A DNA stretch of 64,000 nt from assembly GCA_964247055.1 (NCBI GenBank), contig OZ176055.1, positions 9,238,001 through 9,302,000 of the forward strand, read 5' to 3'. The notes under the pieces were generated by a model, which did not search any database, was not told the origin of the DNA, and saw only the letters and a program-made list of their open reading frames with translations. This document shows, piece after piece, positions 39,294-52,146 of the stretch. Position 1 is the first letter of the stretch, and the number at the start of each line of letters is the position of its first letter. Both the position numbers and the translations under genes were made by a program. The DNA is from Paragordius varius. Taxonomy: Eukaryota; Animalia; Nematomorpha.

Positions 39294-41399
39294 GTTATAA
39301 ATATTTAAACATATAGAAATTGTAAAATCTTATATATTTTTAGTTTAGTTTTAATATATCCATAACTGGAGTGATGAATAATTCGGTTGTTGCTTTCCAC
39401 TTGGTAAATCTGAAAACTCGAAAACATTGGATTCTGGAAAGCAAAATAAATAACTTTGTAAGCGAAAACTTATTTTTTTGCTTAATTTACTGAAAAGGGG
39501 AGGGATGACTTATGTATGACATGCAATAATATAGTTAAGTAGACTGTCTCTAACACATATGACGTGGATAATGGGGCCCTATTTTTGACTTAAAAATCAG
39601 GTGGGCCGCATTCAAAAAATATGTTAATGAGCATTTTATTATATTTTAAACATGAAAATGTAAATAACTGCCAACACAATATCAATTTATTCCGCCAATT
39701 TTTGTTGGTTTGTTGCCAAAAGAAAAAACTTAAAAAGTTGTGAACATATTCTTGGAATGTATAAAATTTCATATTTTTGCTGGACGTCACATAATATCTA
39801 GGAGGGCCGCATGTCGGATACCCCTGTTTTTTTTCTTTTTCACTAAAGGGCAAATTTTAACAGGATTGGATAAAGATTTATCCTTGTCTACCTAAAGCTG
39901 TCAGTGATAATAAAATTTACCCAATTTCGGGGTCAGAACTTAGCATTTAACCCTGAAGTGTTTAGCACCTTCCTTATTATACCATCACATCTTTTTATGT
40001 GAAAATCAAAAACTAATATTTTTTCCTATTTTTGTGTCACATAAAACAACAATTATTGGTCACTTTTAAGTCTAATTCAGTCAAAAGTTTTTCATCTTAA
40101 GCTAAAGATATAGAAATCGAGGTAAAACATAATAAATGCAGGCAAACCTAAGTAGCTAGAACAGCGGATATAGTATAACTAAAAATAAGTAAATAATAAT
40201 ATATCATTTAGTTGTATGAAGTAATTAATTAGAAAAAATGTCATATTATAAGGTTATTATACTTAACACTTTACCTATTTTAATTAGTCGCATTTTTCGA
40301 TTCTTTTACATGTGGAATTTTAAATTAAAAATTGATAACGTGTCATAAGTAAACCAATTAACCCAATCTTTTTTTGAATTTACCATGAGATACACACATA
40401 TTAATGATAAAATTGGCAAATATTGCATATATAAAAAAATTCCGTTCTAAGTTTAAATAATCAGGTAACTATACATTATTATGATTTTTTATATTTGTTG
40501 ATATATAAGCTAATACTAATAAGATAGATTAACTTTGATCAATAAATCATAAAAACGAAAAATGGAGGGCTAATTAAATTTAAAACATAATTTTTCTAAC
40601 TAGCTGTAATAGACTAACTTTCCTAATATTTCTTTATTTTATCGATCAGGTCGAAGGAAAGCAGGAGCTGAGTTTGCTTAAATTATCTTTTATCTCTAAT
40701 GGAACTATTCAACAAACAACCTTTCAGTTTGTAGTTTTATCCGAAATTTATGTGATAAAAAACATGGAATTTGACGCAAATGCAAGTGTTAATGTTATAA
40801 TACACAAAAATCAGCATACAAATGTGTTATGGGCCCCGATTTATCGATGCTAATTTTTTTTGGACACAATATTATGAAACAAACACTTAAATTGTATTAT
40901 TGATATTTATATGTTTATATAATTGATGTGATTGAATTATAACTTTCATACAACTGTACGATTTTTTTTCATATTGGGTACTGTTCAAATAAATTTACAG
41001 GTAAGGCTAACATCAAAATAAAATAATTCATGCCTTCCTTCCTTAACATATTATCTATTCACTAAATTTTTTTCGACAAACAGAGAGAGAGAGATAGGCC
41101 TTCTGTTTTCAAATTTAATTAATTTCAGCAAAAATATATAATTACCATATAATAGAATTTGAACCATGAATTTTAGCACAAGTGTTATTTTTAAATTTAT
41201 TGACCTTTCAATGTATATTAATTTGTAGAGGTTTCAATAACTATAAAATACAATTAATTTTTGTATTTATAATCTAATGTTATCCTTTACAGCTATCTTT
41301 GTGATTGGGGGGATCATGATGACGATGCTAAATAGTTAATTTTTCTGGCGATAAAATTTTTTCATATGTAGATCCAAAATTTTTGTTCGTATTGTGTAG

Positions 41400-44300
41400 A
41401 TTAGAAATAGATGAGTACAGAACACCACAAACCTTTGATATATGTCGCATAACACCACGGATATATTATGATTTAAATACACTGTTAGACACGTAAGTAA
41501 ATTATTTTACTCTAAACACTTTCGCTCTAAACTTCTACTCAACAGTTCCTACAGATTTATGTGTCGAAACATTTATGTGACACAAGAAGGTGATGCCATG
41601 TTATACAGAGTGCGACCTTTCAAAAGGAATTTAACCCTGAACTATAGCATTGAATATACGAGGAATGACACCTCTTATAATAGGAACACCAATTTAAATT
41701 TTTATACTAATGCCTTAAATTTCGATTTAGAGTCAGATATTTCAAAGCTTTGGTCAATGGGATACACGGTAATTAACAAATTCTAAACAAATTTTATTTA
41801 AATAAATTTAGATGTACGTCGATATATTTCGAGATGATAATCTAAAATACATATGTCCTCTATGGGTAAAGCATTTGAATGATTGTTTCAATTATGCACA
41901 ATACATTGGGTCAATTAATATCGGACATCAGTTGATCAAAGTAATTTAATTTATATGCATAAATTACTTTGCCATTAATTTGACACCTGACGACAATTTA
42001 CTTAGATAAGGATAATACAAAGATATAAACGAATATATTTCTTGGAATATTACACACCAACAATGAACGCAACTATGGATTATATGATAATCAAAACACA
42101 CCCTAAAAATATGGCGATAAAAGAATCAAACCTAACCCTTTTAAAATTAATCTACGAATCAACAAATGATATTTCTCACAATCAAACATCTATCCAAATG
42201 AGATTAAGCAATTTGAATGTGATTCTCAAACATTGTAATGATAAAAGTGAGTAGATTTGGTGTTTTATTTTTTTAAAAGCGACAATGCCGAAATTTTAAT
42301 GCAAACAGTTAAACCAAATCGCTTTTTCCAAAAAAGCAAAGTGGCTCTATTCAATATGAGAGAAACGACACATAAGCGAAAAATGTGCAAAAAATTGTTT
42401 ACCCCAAACGATAATAATATGATTGTTGTTTCAGTAAACCATATGTAAAAGCAAGTTTTAAATTGTTTATATTAACAAAAACATTTTTTTAAAAAAATAA
42501 AGAAAGCAGCCGATAACGAGTCTAAGTAATTAAATCCAATATAAAATTTAGCATCCTCAATAATATCGATAAAATGTATTTTTATAAGTATAATAAATGG
42601 TTTGGTAATATTTTGTAAATATATTATAGATCAAGCGAATCAACCTCTTTATGATTCATTTTATATATATATTCTGATAATTTGTTTAATAAAAATTTTT
42701 TAAACGCTTAATGTAAAAATAAATTATTAGATTTAAAAATATAGAGCCATTCAAAAAACAGTAAAATTGATGTCAAACGTTGTTACACGCACCAACCTAA
42801 AAATAATTAGTTGTTAATAGACTGATTTTTATTATAAAGTATAATATATTTAGTTTATGAAGGATGTGGTCAACGGATTTTATGTGTGTAGGTAGCCAAA
42901 ATTTAAATTCCGTAAGTGCACAATTTTTCCAATGTCAGCCCTAGGCAGGCGAAAGCCTGTGATAATACTCTGTCCTAAAATATATATAGAATAAAGAAAG
43001 TCCAGAATTTTTAAAATACTTAATATTATTCTTAAACATCATTAGGTTTCTCTAATTATTCAATGTTTTTGGATGAAACCACCTTTTTGGATAAAAGTAT
43101 GATGTATATATAAATATATATAAAAGAAATTTATATATTGCTCAATGATGACTCATGTAATTGGGATCTACCTCCTGGAATATATAATTTTATCTCAAGT
43201 TCTAATTTGAAGGAAAAGTTTATGTAAGAAATTTCATAGTATAACATAAACCATTTACAGTTAAATTTCACTCTCGAACAGTGCAAATTCACCCTTGAAC
43301 ACAAATCGACTCTCGAACAATTTAAATTCACCCTAAAATATTAATATATTCTGCTTAAATTTAATATAATGCAAAAATAATAAACTATTGTCGTAAAAAT
43401 ATATTTCTTATTAATGATGAGTCATATTAGCGCGAAAACACATAATTATTTTTAGGGTGAATTTGAATTGTTCAAGGGTGAATTCGAATTATAAATGGTA
43501 TATATATATATTATATATATATCTAATTTATAGTAATCTTCCGGTCCATTTTTATTCACATATAAAAAAAATTGTGGCAATGTTTCCTACACGGTTTATA
43601 CAAACCTTTCAATCCAATAATAGAATTGTAATGACCCTACATAATCGTTTTGCAAAGCATCATATGATGGATGAACGTTTAAATTTTAGCTTCACCTCGC
43701 AGGTAAATATTTTTTTTTAAAAAAAATAATTTGAAAGCAAGTGGTCACCCCTATCAGTTAAATTTGTCATCCGATAAAATTCTCCTTTTTGAAAAAAATT
43801 GAATTTGCCTGTTTCTTACATAAGAAAATATTCATTTTGGCATGCCAAAAAACTAATTTTTTTAGAAAGTTTTGGAAAAATATATACCATAGGGTATTCC
43901 CAGTTGCCGTAAAAGTCCGTTTCTTTAATACAAAAATAAATTTAGATAATTCAAATAATAATAAAATTAATTATGGTATCCTATATGTACGGTCGTACCT
44001 ATTTTTATGCTTTATCACATGTTTTGTATAACAATCCAGCATAAATCGCGCAATCTACACGGCATTTTTACGTTTATTTTAAGAGTAGCCCAATTTTAAG
44101 GGGGGGGGGGCATGATTTTAGGGCAGTGGTATTCTGCAAAATTGGCGGGCCAAATAAGATGATTTTTTTGTCTCAAGGGCCATTACACAAATATTGCATG
44201 GCGTGGTAAGCACATACTTATAAAACAAATTGCAGGTTATAATATTTTGATAATATTTCTACAAAATGGTGGTATTTTAATTTTAATATTAACCAATAAT

Positions 44301-47300
44301 TTTTGACAAAACTGGATAACAGGCCAATCAAACATTTTATCCCTACAACTTTAAACTCAAATATGCCCTTATCCCTTGCAATTTTTTTTGCTATATTTCT
44401 TTTAAACTCGAATCATTATAATCAATATAAGATCATATGAAAACCGAATTTTAAGGGAAAACGGAAACCTTTTTTTATAAAATGAAATTTTAAAATTGAG
44501 AAATTACTAACGAAATTGTTAATAAGGATAAATAAATAATAAACAATCGCATTTAGGATTCCTAAATTAATAATTTTAGGAAATCAAAAACTAATTTTAA
44601 ATCAGGCCATTAAAAAGCACTTTTATGGCCGCGGTTTAAGTCTCACTCCTTTATGGGCTTACATTCAAAAATTAATATATTTTTATTTGTTTTTTAAATA
44701 TATTTTTATAATATGTATTAACAAAAGATTTTGGTTAGAATCCGTTGGTTTTTAGCAAAAAATCGCTAAAATGAGTAACTAAATTTTCGTTCTATATGCA
44801 GTTACCACAAATTTCTTAAGAGACTTGTAAGTCCCTAAACTAAAAGTTTGAAGAGAATCCTGATCACTTCAATCAGAATATAAATGTTTCATCAGGATAA
44901 GATAGTAATCTTTATGTGAACTGATTTTATTATATTTTTAATTAATCTTCTTTCTGCCTAAAGTTGCCATTTTGCCGTTAGCTGACAAAAACCATTTTTG
45001 CTTATATTAGAACGTTATTGCATATTAACAAAAATAAATTTTATCAATGTTTGAATGTTAAAATAGCACATAACATTTTTACATTTATTTATAGTATAGT
45101 TTTAATTTATCCACAACTGGAGCAATGAACTATTCGGATGTTGCTTTTCACCTGATAAATCTTAAAACCAGAAAAGATTGGATAATGGAAAGCAAAATCA
45201 AAAACTTTGTAATGAAAACGCTATTTTATTGTTAAAGATTTTGAACAAGGGTTGTTTTAATATATATTTTATGTATATAATTACCAGAGGTGTCCAACAT
45301 TCGGCCCCCAAAATAAAATGCTAGCCCGCGAAAAATATGAAAAAGTCCAAACATATTAAAAAAATCATAATAATTTAAATCTTAATAAAATTGATACTTC
45401 GACAAATTTTCTGCATAAGTCTTTCCATTTGTTGGCAAACTAATCAAAAATGATAAAAGGAATGTTAGTTTCGTTAATATTGTTAACGAGAAAGAATATT
45501 TTATGTTATAATAATAATTTGAATTCTCGTAAAATTTATTAAATTAAACTATATTCAAAATTTTCGATACATGGTAATATCTTTTTTCAATGGATGAACT
45601 AAAAACAAAAGAAATGATATAGACAAAATAGAATTAAAACTAAGTACTAATAAATCTAGAATATGATGAAAAATATAAAATGTATAAATGTCCATGTGGT
45701 TTTCTTTCTTGTTTTTGACGTGGAATTGTAAATATTTTAAAATAATCTGTTACTTTAGGTACGCTTTGGTGACATTATTTAATTCTTTTCTTATTGTATT
45801 TTATCAATATTATTTTTTTTGTTTTTAGTTCATCCACCATTGAAAAAGATACTACGGTGTATCGAAAATTTTGGATGGATATAGGTAGGGGTAGGTAGGT
45901 AATTCCTTAGGTCGGTTCGACCCCTTGGAAATTATAATACGAACTCTCTCCACTTGTCTCTTTCCCATGCTATTTCTTTCAATTACCTTATACATCTACC
46001 AGATTTCTTCTTTACAGTATCCAGCCATCTTAACATCGCTCCTCCTTTTTTTCTTTTCCCTTAAACTTTTCCAAAAATTGAATCCTTCTCAAAACATGTA
46101 CTTCTTAAAATAGTTCAATTTAATAAATTTTTTACGAGATTTTAAATTATTATTTTAATATAAAATATTAGTTTTATTGTTTTCCTATATCTTTTTACAG
46201 TCTCATATGCTTAAAACATATCAAATATTTATTAATGCCCATATATTTTTCGACTGCGGGCCCATGATGCCATTTGTGTTGGAAACCCCTGATTTAGACA
46301 ATTATTAATAATTCATTGTGGTTATTTTAAGATTAAATAAATATTTTTAAGTAAATTTTTAAATCTAAAGTGGATTTTTAAAGGAAGTTCTCGCGTAGAA
46401 AACACGTTTTTTTGATTATACTATAACAAACATAAAATTTATTTTATGTTTTATATATAAAACATTTTGTGTTGTTTAATTAACAACTAAATTTTAATAA
46501 CCATTATTTATTATACTACGTAGTTTTATCAATAAAATGCACCAATTTTATTAAATAACTATTATTTATAAAAAAGAGATCCGAAACCGTTTTGCAACCC
46601 TAATTGAAGGAAATGCATAGGTGGTCAAATTTTTAGAGGGGTCGGCAATAAATAAATTTTGGTCGTAAGGCGTGGACAAAGATTGTGAACCACTGATATA
46701 AATTTACTCAAATTTTTCAATTCTTTTTGTTTTTATTCCTGTTTCCCATTCTTCTTACCAAAATTTTGCATGGCCTAAAACCATATTTATAAAAGAAATA
46801 TTGGTATTCACCATCGATATTTTTAATATTAAAAATATATAATATATTTTCCAAGTTAAAATTTATCATAAAATTATCCGTTAGATATATTTTTTTTCTT
46901 TTATGAGTTTTTGGATTTTAAAGCCCCATCAATTATCCATAAAAATATTTTCATCTAAGGAAAACTAAATAAACTTGGAAAATATGTATATATATATATA
47001 TATATGAAGTATACACTCATTATTATAGTTTTAAGTTAAAATCTTAATATTATTACCATTTATAATACAAATTTATACTAATATATTTAAATATAACTTG
47101 AAATTACACTAAATAATTTTTGCAGTGATTATTTCAAAATCAATTTACACACATTTTAAAAGTTTACAACGGTTATTGTATTTTATAGAAATTAACATAT
47201 TTATGTTATTTATTAATAAAAAATGGTTGAATAAAAGTTAACCCATGTTTTTGTTTAAGTTATCGGTCAAATTCATATTTTTTTTATAATTAAATTATTT

Positions 47301-47506
47301 AGGTAGAAGGGAAGCAAGAACTAAGCATGATAAAATTAGTTTTTGTATTCAATGGAACCATTCACCAAACTATTTATGAATACGCAATTCTCACCAAAAT
47401 TAGTGTCATAAAAAACATGGAATTCGAAGCGAACACAACTGTCAATATTTTAATACACAAACATCAAAAAACAAATGTGGTATGGGCTCCCATCTATAGA
47501 TGCTAA
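41400..47506 (+). CDS. Unrecognised multi-exon gene, copy 2, open; exons 41400-41492, 41546-41768, 41812-41865, 42006-42246, 43046-43096, 43127-43223, 43534-43702, 47303-47506; at least 376 aa; probable secreted or surface glycoprotein
   Basis: All GT-AG with compatible phases giving one ORF ending VWAPIYRC*; 10 N-x-S/T sequons; six Cys shared with copy 1; first exon(s) not resolved. Confidence 0.8.
43246..43499. mobile_element. MITE family A inserted in an intron of copy 2
   Basis: AACCATTTACAGTTAAATTTCAC ... GAATTATAAATGGTA; the paralogous intron in copy 1 is only 27 nt. Confidence 0.85.
44124..44648. mobile_element. hAT-derived MITE
   Basis: CAGTGGTATTC ... GGCCGCGGTTTAAGTCTCACT, similar to both ends of the hAT at 4088-6329. 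Confidence 0.7.
45285..46291. mobile_element. hAT-like non-autonomous element containing an RTE 3' end
   Basis: TIRs CAGAGGTGTCCAAC / GTTGGAAACCCCTG; no matching TSD seen. Confidence 0.65.
45884..46080 (-). mobile_element. RTE (BovB-like) LINE 3' terminus with TACC-repeat tail
   Basis: KKGGAMLRWLDTVKKKSG...LKEIAWERDKWREFV...RGRTDL followed by (TACC)n-like repeats. Confidence 0.75.
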
Positions 47507-47768
47507 ATCATCTTAATTTTTTTATAATTCGCTAAATTTAAAGTAGAAATTAAAATTACAAGGACAAAACCTAAAAAATAAAAAACACTATTTTGCATAG
47601 AAAAAAACCATGTTCATGTTTAACCGTATTTTAATCTATATGGTTTTTATATTGGATAATGTTTTTTATGTATTATAAGACACATGAGAACAATATTATT
47701 ATAATAATTTGTGATGAATAATGTGTGAATAATTCAATCAATAAACTATTGACGGTATAATCAATAAA

Positions 47769-49871
47769 TTAAATCTTTTTGGTGACATTTTGGTTTAAAA
47801 GTACTTGTTGTGAATTTTTATCTTCAGGAACCGTAAGGACGCGCGCAATCTTAATTTCAATGTTTGGGAAGTATTGTTTAATAAAAGCTTTTAGAGCTGC
47901 GTTTTCTTGATTCACATAACGTAATTTGAAAGCTGTATCAAGGTCTGTAGATTGGGTTATGTTAGTTTTATCTGTATTATTTTGTGGAATTTCATCTGTC
48001 ACATCATTGCTGTTGTTCCCCTTGTTATCTGATAAAAATTATAGTAAAAGTGGAATATATAAAATGTCGATTCAAAGCTATGTAATATTTTTTATATATA
48101 TTTTAATATTGTGTCTGATAAACTTTATTTATAGAAAATGAATATTCACAATTCTAATTTTATTAATTTATTTTGCGAAAAGCGGAAAATGACCAATAAA
48201 TACAATCAGGCAGCCTTAATATTTAATAGTTAAAATAGATTGGCATTATAAATTTAATATTTGTAAGAATGTGCTAAATTACCAATAAAGGTGGTGTTTG
48301 TAGTGGTATCATTAGTTATTGGAGACTTCTCTAAAGATTTTATCGTTTGCGGTGTAGAAGTGGTAATAGGAAAAATTTGTCCGATTGTTGAATTTCGGTT
48401 TAGTTTTGTGGTGGAAAGTTTTAACAAGAGTTCACGATTTGCTAATCTGAGGCGTTCACATTCTAGTGCGGCATCCTCGTTCGTTTTGAGTGCATTAAAG
48501 AGATTCTCATTTGCTTGTTTAAGGTCAAAAATGTAATCCACGGTTTTGGCTAATATACCACTTTTACTCTAAAACGTATTACAAATAATTAAAAAATGTT
48601 TGTGACTTTGCAAGCCAAATTAAATGTCTGATAAAAAACACAATACCCTGAACGTTATATTTAAATGTAAAAGTATATTTTATACAAACCTTAATATTAG
48701 GATAAATTTTTTTGCGTGTTTGACCCTTAAAAATCGATAACCCCCTTATAAATGCAAGAATATTCAAAATAAATAAAAATGCATGCTCAACTAAATATAA
48801 AAACAAAATAAATTCTAATAAAATAGGCTTTCAACAAATTTAAGTTATTAATTGAAAAAAAAATTATTTTTTTTTAAATTGAATAATATTATTGATTTAT
48901 ATCAAAGGACAGATATGTTTATTTCGTCTGCTTATTTTTGAAAGCGTCAGTCATGGTTTACTAATAGTAGGAACAATTACCTACTCAGCGACTATTAAAA
49001 AACGATGATTATCTAATAAAAGTTAATTATTTTTACCATTCCTTGTTTGGATTGTCTGGAAAGTTCGGGTGGTAACATCTGGGCCAATTTATTGATCCAT
49101 GTATTAATTTTGTCACGTCGTCTTCTTTCGACCTCATTGTGATTATTTCGTCTTTTTTCTTCTTTAAAACTATTTACCAGGGGTATTAAGCTACCATTAT
49201 TTAGATGATCACTGTTTAGCATTAAGGGTCTTATGTTAAGTGTATCCAACAAATTATTGGATTGAATATTATACGTTCCATTGGAATAAGTGATAACGGG
49301 TTTTGAAACTGTCATTTTGACAGACGATTCATCATTTGTTACCGTTGAGGGTAAAATAATAAATTTTTGATGATGATTACTTGAAGATATTACGGGATGT
49401 TCAAACGTGTTTGATAAAGAATTATTTGAATTAATGTTTTCAAGATTTGCATCTAAAAAATTTAAAAGACAAACGAACCATTTATATATATGAAATGTTT
49501 TTTCTTTTGTTCCGTCTGTTTTGGTATATTTATATCGGTCCCATCAAATGACTTTAAAAACGATATATCCTATTGCATAAAAAAGCAAAAAATACCGTTG
49601 CTACTGAGGAAAGATTCAAATCTTTCTTGACAAAATTTTTTGAGGACTCATTAGGATTATGTATGGGTACCAATTTATAAATTAAATGCCCTAAAATAAA
49701 TGTTTAAATCATTACCATCATCATTTTTTTCTTGCTGAAGAGTGTATTGATTTTCAGCGCTAATGTTTGATTGTAATAAATTGGCGACACTTGAATTTGA
49801 TTCATTTTTGTCGGAGCCACTAAAAATATAGATATAACTCACGTGTCTAAAATAGACTTTAAGAAATCCAT
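47769..49871 (-). CDS. USF: Upstream stimulatory factor (USF) bHLH-zip; exons 49871-49843, 49819-49716, 49690-49596, 49569-49479, 49452-49037, 48568-48283, 48028-47769; ~426 aa
   Basis: EEKRRNNHNEVERRRRDKINTWI..L...SKSGILAKTVDYIFDLKQAN; N-terminal GHLIYKLVPI resembles USF GQVMYRVIQV; introns of 23, 25, 26, 26 nt. USF1 versus USF2 not resolvable. Confidence 0.9.
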
Positions 49872-50671
49872 ATTAAGGGGTGTGATGTCACGGGACCTTT
49901 GGTATCATATGTCGTGTAAACAGCTGGTAGTAGGTATGAACATTTTCATAAACCTATTTTGTCCAAAACCACTGTGTAAATTTCTTAAAATATCTCAATA
50001 ACACTAACTTACAGTAAAAAAAATTAAATGAAAAAGTTTCAAAAGGCTTTTTTCTAATACTATATAGCTCACGTGATAATTGTACTACCATTTTTTTAAG
50101 GGGTGTACTCCGTGTTGTCATTGTCAATTTTCTAAAAATTAATATTAGCGTTAAGATTTACAACCATTAGGGTTTTAGTTTTTAAATAGTTTCGGCGACT
50201 AATATTTGAATGTTACCAGTCAATGTCTTATCAGCCAACGTAGTCTCTTTCTTAATAAATTCTGACATTTATATCTTGTACTCATTTATTTAGGGTCGAA
50301 AATGGATCCAATTATACAGGAGTCGATTAATATATTTTTAGTCGTTTTTAAATTCAATCCATATTTTTATGTACAATACGTTTGGAAAAATCTAATTGTA
50401 ATGATATTTATTTTATAATATGGCAAGTGAAAGTTAATTAATAATTTTAATTTGACACTTGTATTATTTTATGAACGCCTATTCTAATGAAATAACCAAT
50501 CAAAGTTATTCTTAAATATTAGATTGGGGACAAAATTGTTTAAGATAAAAGTTTTTCTTAAAAATGTTGCCGTTATAAGTCCTGACTATCGATTACCACA
50601 CCTTTATAAACCCGTTCGTTATATGAAGAATAACCAGTATTGGTTTCAATTTATTAATAATCTAACTTAAT

Positions 50672-50842
50672 GGTGATACTTACCAAAAATTTTAAAGGGC
50701 CACAAAATAAAATATTTTTGTTATGTTTTTAGGGCCACAATACCGATGTAATTTCAATTATGCTTTAAACATTTGCAGATATTTAGACGCAAAATAAGTA
50801 CTTGAAGGGAATAAAAAAGCACTTTTAGGAAAGTATCACTGA
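50672..50842. mobile_element. Short hAT-derived MITE
   Basis: GGTGATACTTACC ... AAAGCACTTTTAGGAAAGTATCACTG. Confidence 0.6.
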
Positions 50843-51208
50843 TCTAATTTCTAACCGGGATCTGCCAAAATTTAAATATAAATAAATTCCAACCTTTTAC
50901 TAAAAAATCGGGTTTTAATAAGCTTGGATTTCATAAAAAAATCTTAGAATAGATTGTTAATTTATTTATCCATGCAATGGACTAAACATTGGCATGTATA
51001 ATAATAATAATGCGAACATAATTAAATACTAGATAATGTATAATCAATCATATAAAATCATAATTATATAAAACAAAATTGCATTAAATGCATGAAAATT
51101 ATAAATAAAATTGGTTAAAATGACTCGATTCCATTATTTTGGAGAAATGGTGGAAAATCAAACATAGTTTTAATGTAGATAGTTTTATAAAAAATCATAT
51201 TAAATACA

Positions 51209-51503
51209 TACCATTTACACCTCAAATTAACCATTAAAAAATTCGTATTACTTCTTGAACAATTCAAATTCACCTAAAATAAATTATAAGCTCATAAATG
51301 TTAAACATTACCTATTTTTAAAACGAATTAACATAATACTGGACAAATAATATACTATGCTATAAAAATATTACCGATTAATTAAATTAACCCGGAAACA
51401 CATAATTTATTTGTTATGTGAATTTGAATTGTTTAAGGGTGAATTTAAATTGTTTAAGGGTGAATTTAAATTGATTAAGGGTTATTTTGAGGTGTAAATG
51501 GTT
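51209..51503. mobile_element. MITE family A (intergenic copy)
   Basis: TACCATTTACACC ... GGTGTAAATGG, with AAGGGTGAATTTAAATTG subterminal repeats. Confidence 0.8.
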
Positions 51504-51741
51504 TATATTAATGCCTATCACAAACTATAAATTAAAAATTTTTGATGAGCAAAAATCCATAGATAGATGGATATGTAAGCAGTAGAGATTATATTTTGGT
51601 GGTAGACTCATATTAAATATTGATCGCTATTATCACATTAAAAGGCTAAAAATTAACGACTTATTCCTTTTTACAATTTTTGTCATCTTCATAAAACGCT
51701 TCACCATCAATCACAGTTCCACTGTACAAATATAAATATTT

Positions 51742-51778
<37 letters not shown>

Positions 51779-52146
51779 AATATTTAACAATATATATTTT
51801 AAATTAGTGTTAAATATTTTTTAAAATAATTGAATATTTAAAATAAACGTATTTAATGCGGTACTTTGGACTATAAACTAGCATATGTTGTAAATATTTA
51901 AAAAAATTAAAATTTTTTGCATATACTTTAAATACGGCAGAATCTTGTAAAAATGTTTTTTAATAATTTAGGGCAAAGTTATTTTTTAGCCATATTATTT
52001 CATAATCAAGATCAGCAACTAATAATTGTCACTTAAAAAATTCCATAACCCTAAATATATTAAGAAAAAACTAGTAATTAAATTAAAATTTATACTACAT
52101 AACAAATTTATATGAAAAAGAGAGAAAATAAAAAATTCATATTATT

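Larger units (their letters stand above)
32848..40853 (+). pseudogene. Unrecognised multi-exon gene, copy 1, probably disrupted; exons 32848-32940, 32994-33216, 33260-33310, 33679-33944, 36022-36072, 36103-36196, 36224-36390, 40650-40853
   Basis: Exon-by-exon colinear with copy 2; 2-nt deletions relative to copy 2 near 33919 and 36264; intron 36197-36223 ends in GG; 5' end unresolved. Confidence 0.75.

Noticed and set aside
43131-43500. ORFs with MNLNCSRVNL repeats (also the N-terminus of the ORF at 56899)
   Set aside because: Translations of MITE family A subterminal repeats
47303-47506. TNF/C1q-like fold for the orphan protein's last exon
   Set aside because: Only a vague beta-strand pattern; the diagnostic motifs are absent and a profile or structure search is needed
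49843-49846. 4-nt microexon (AG|ACAC|GT) in USF
   Set aside because: The upstream sequence reads in frame from ATG 49871 (MDFLKSILDT), so this is the end of exon 1
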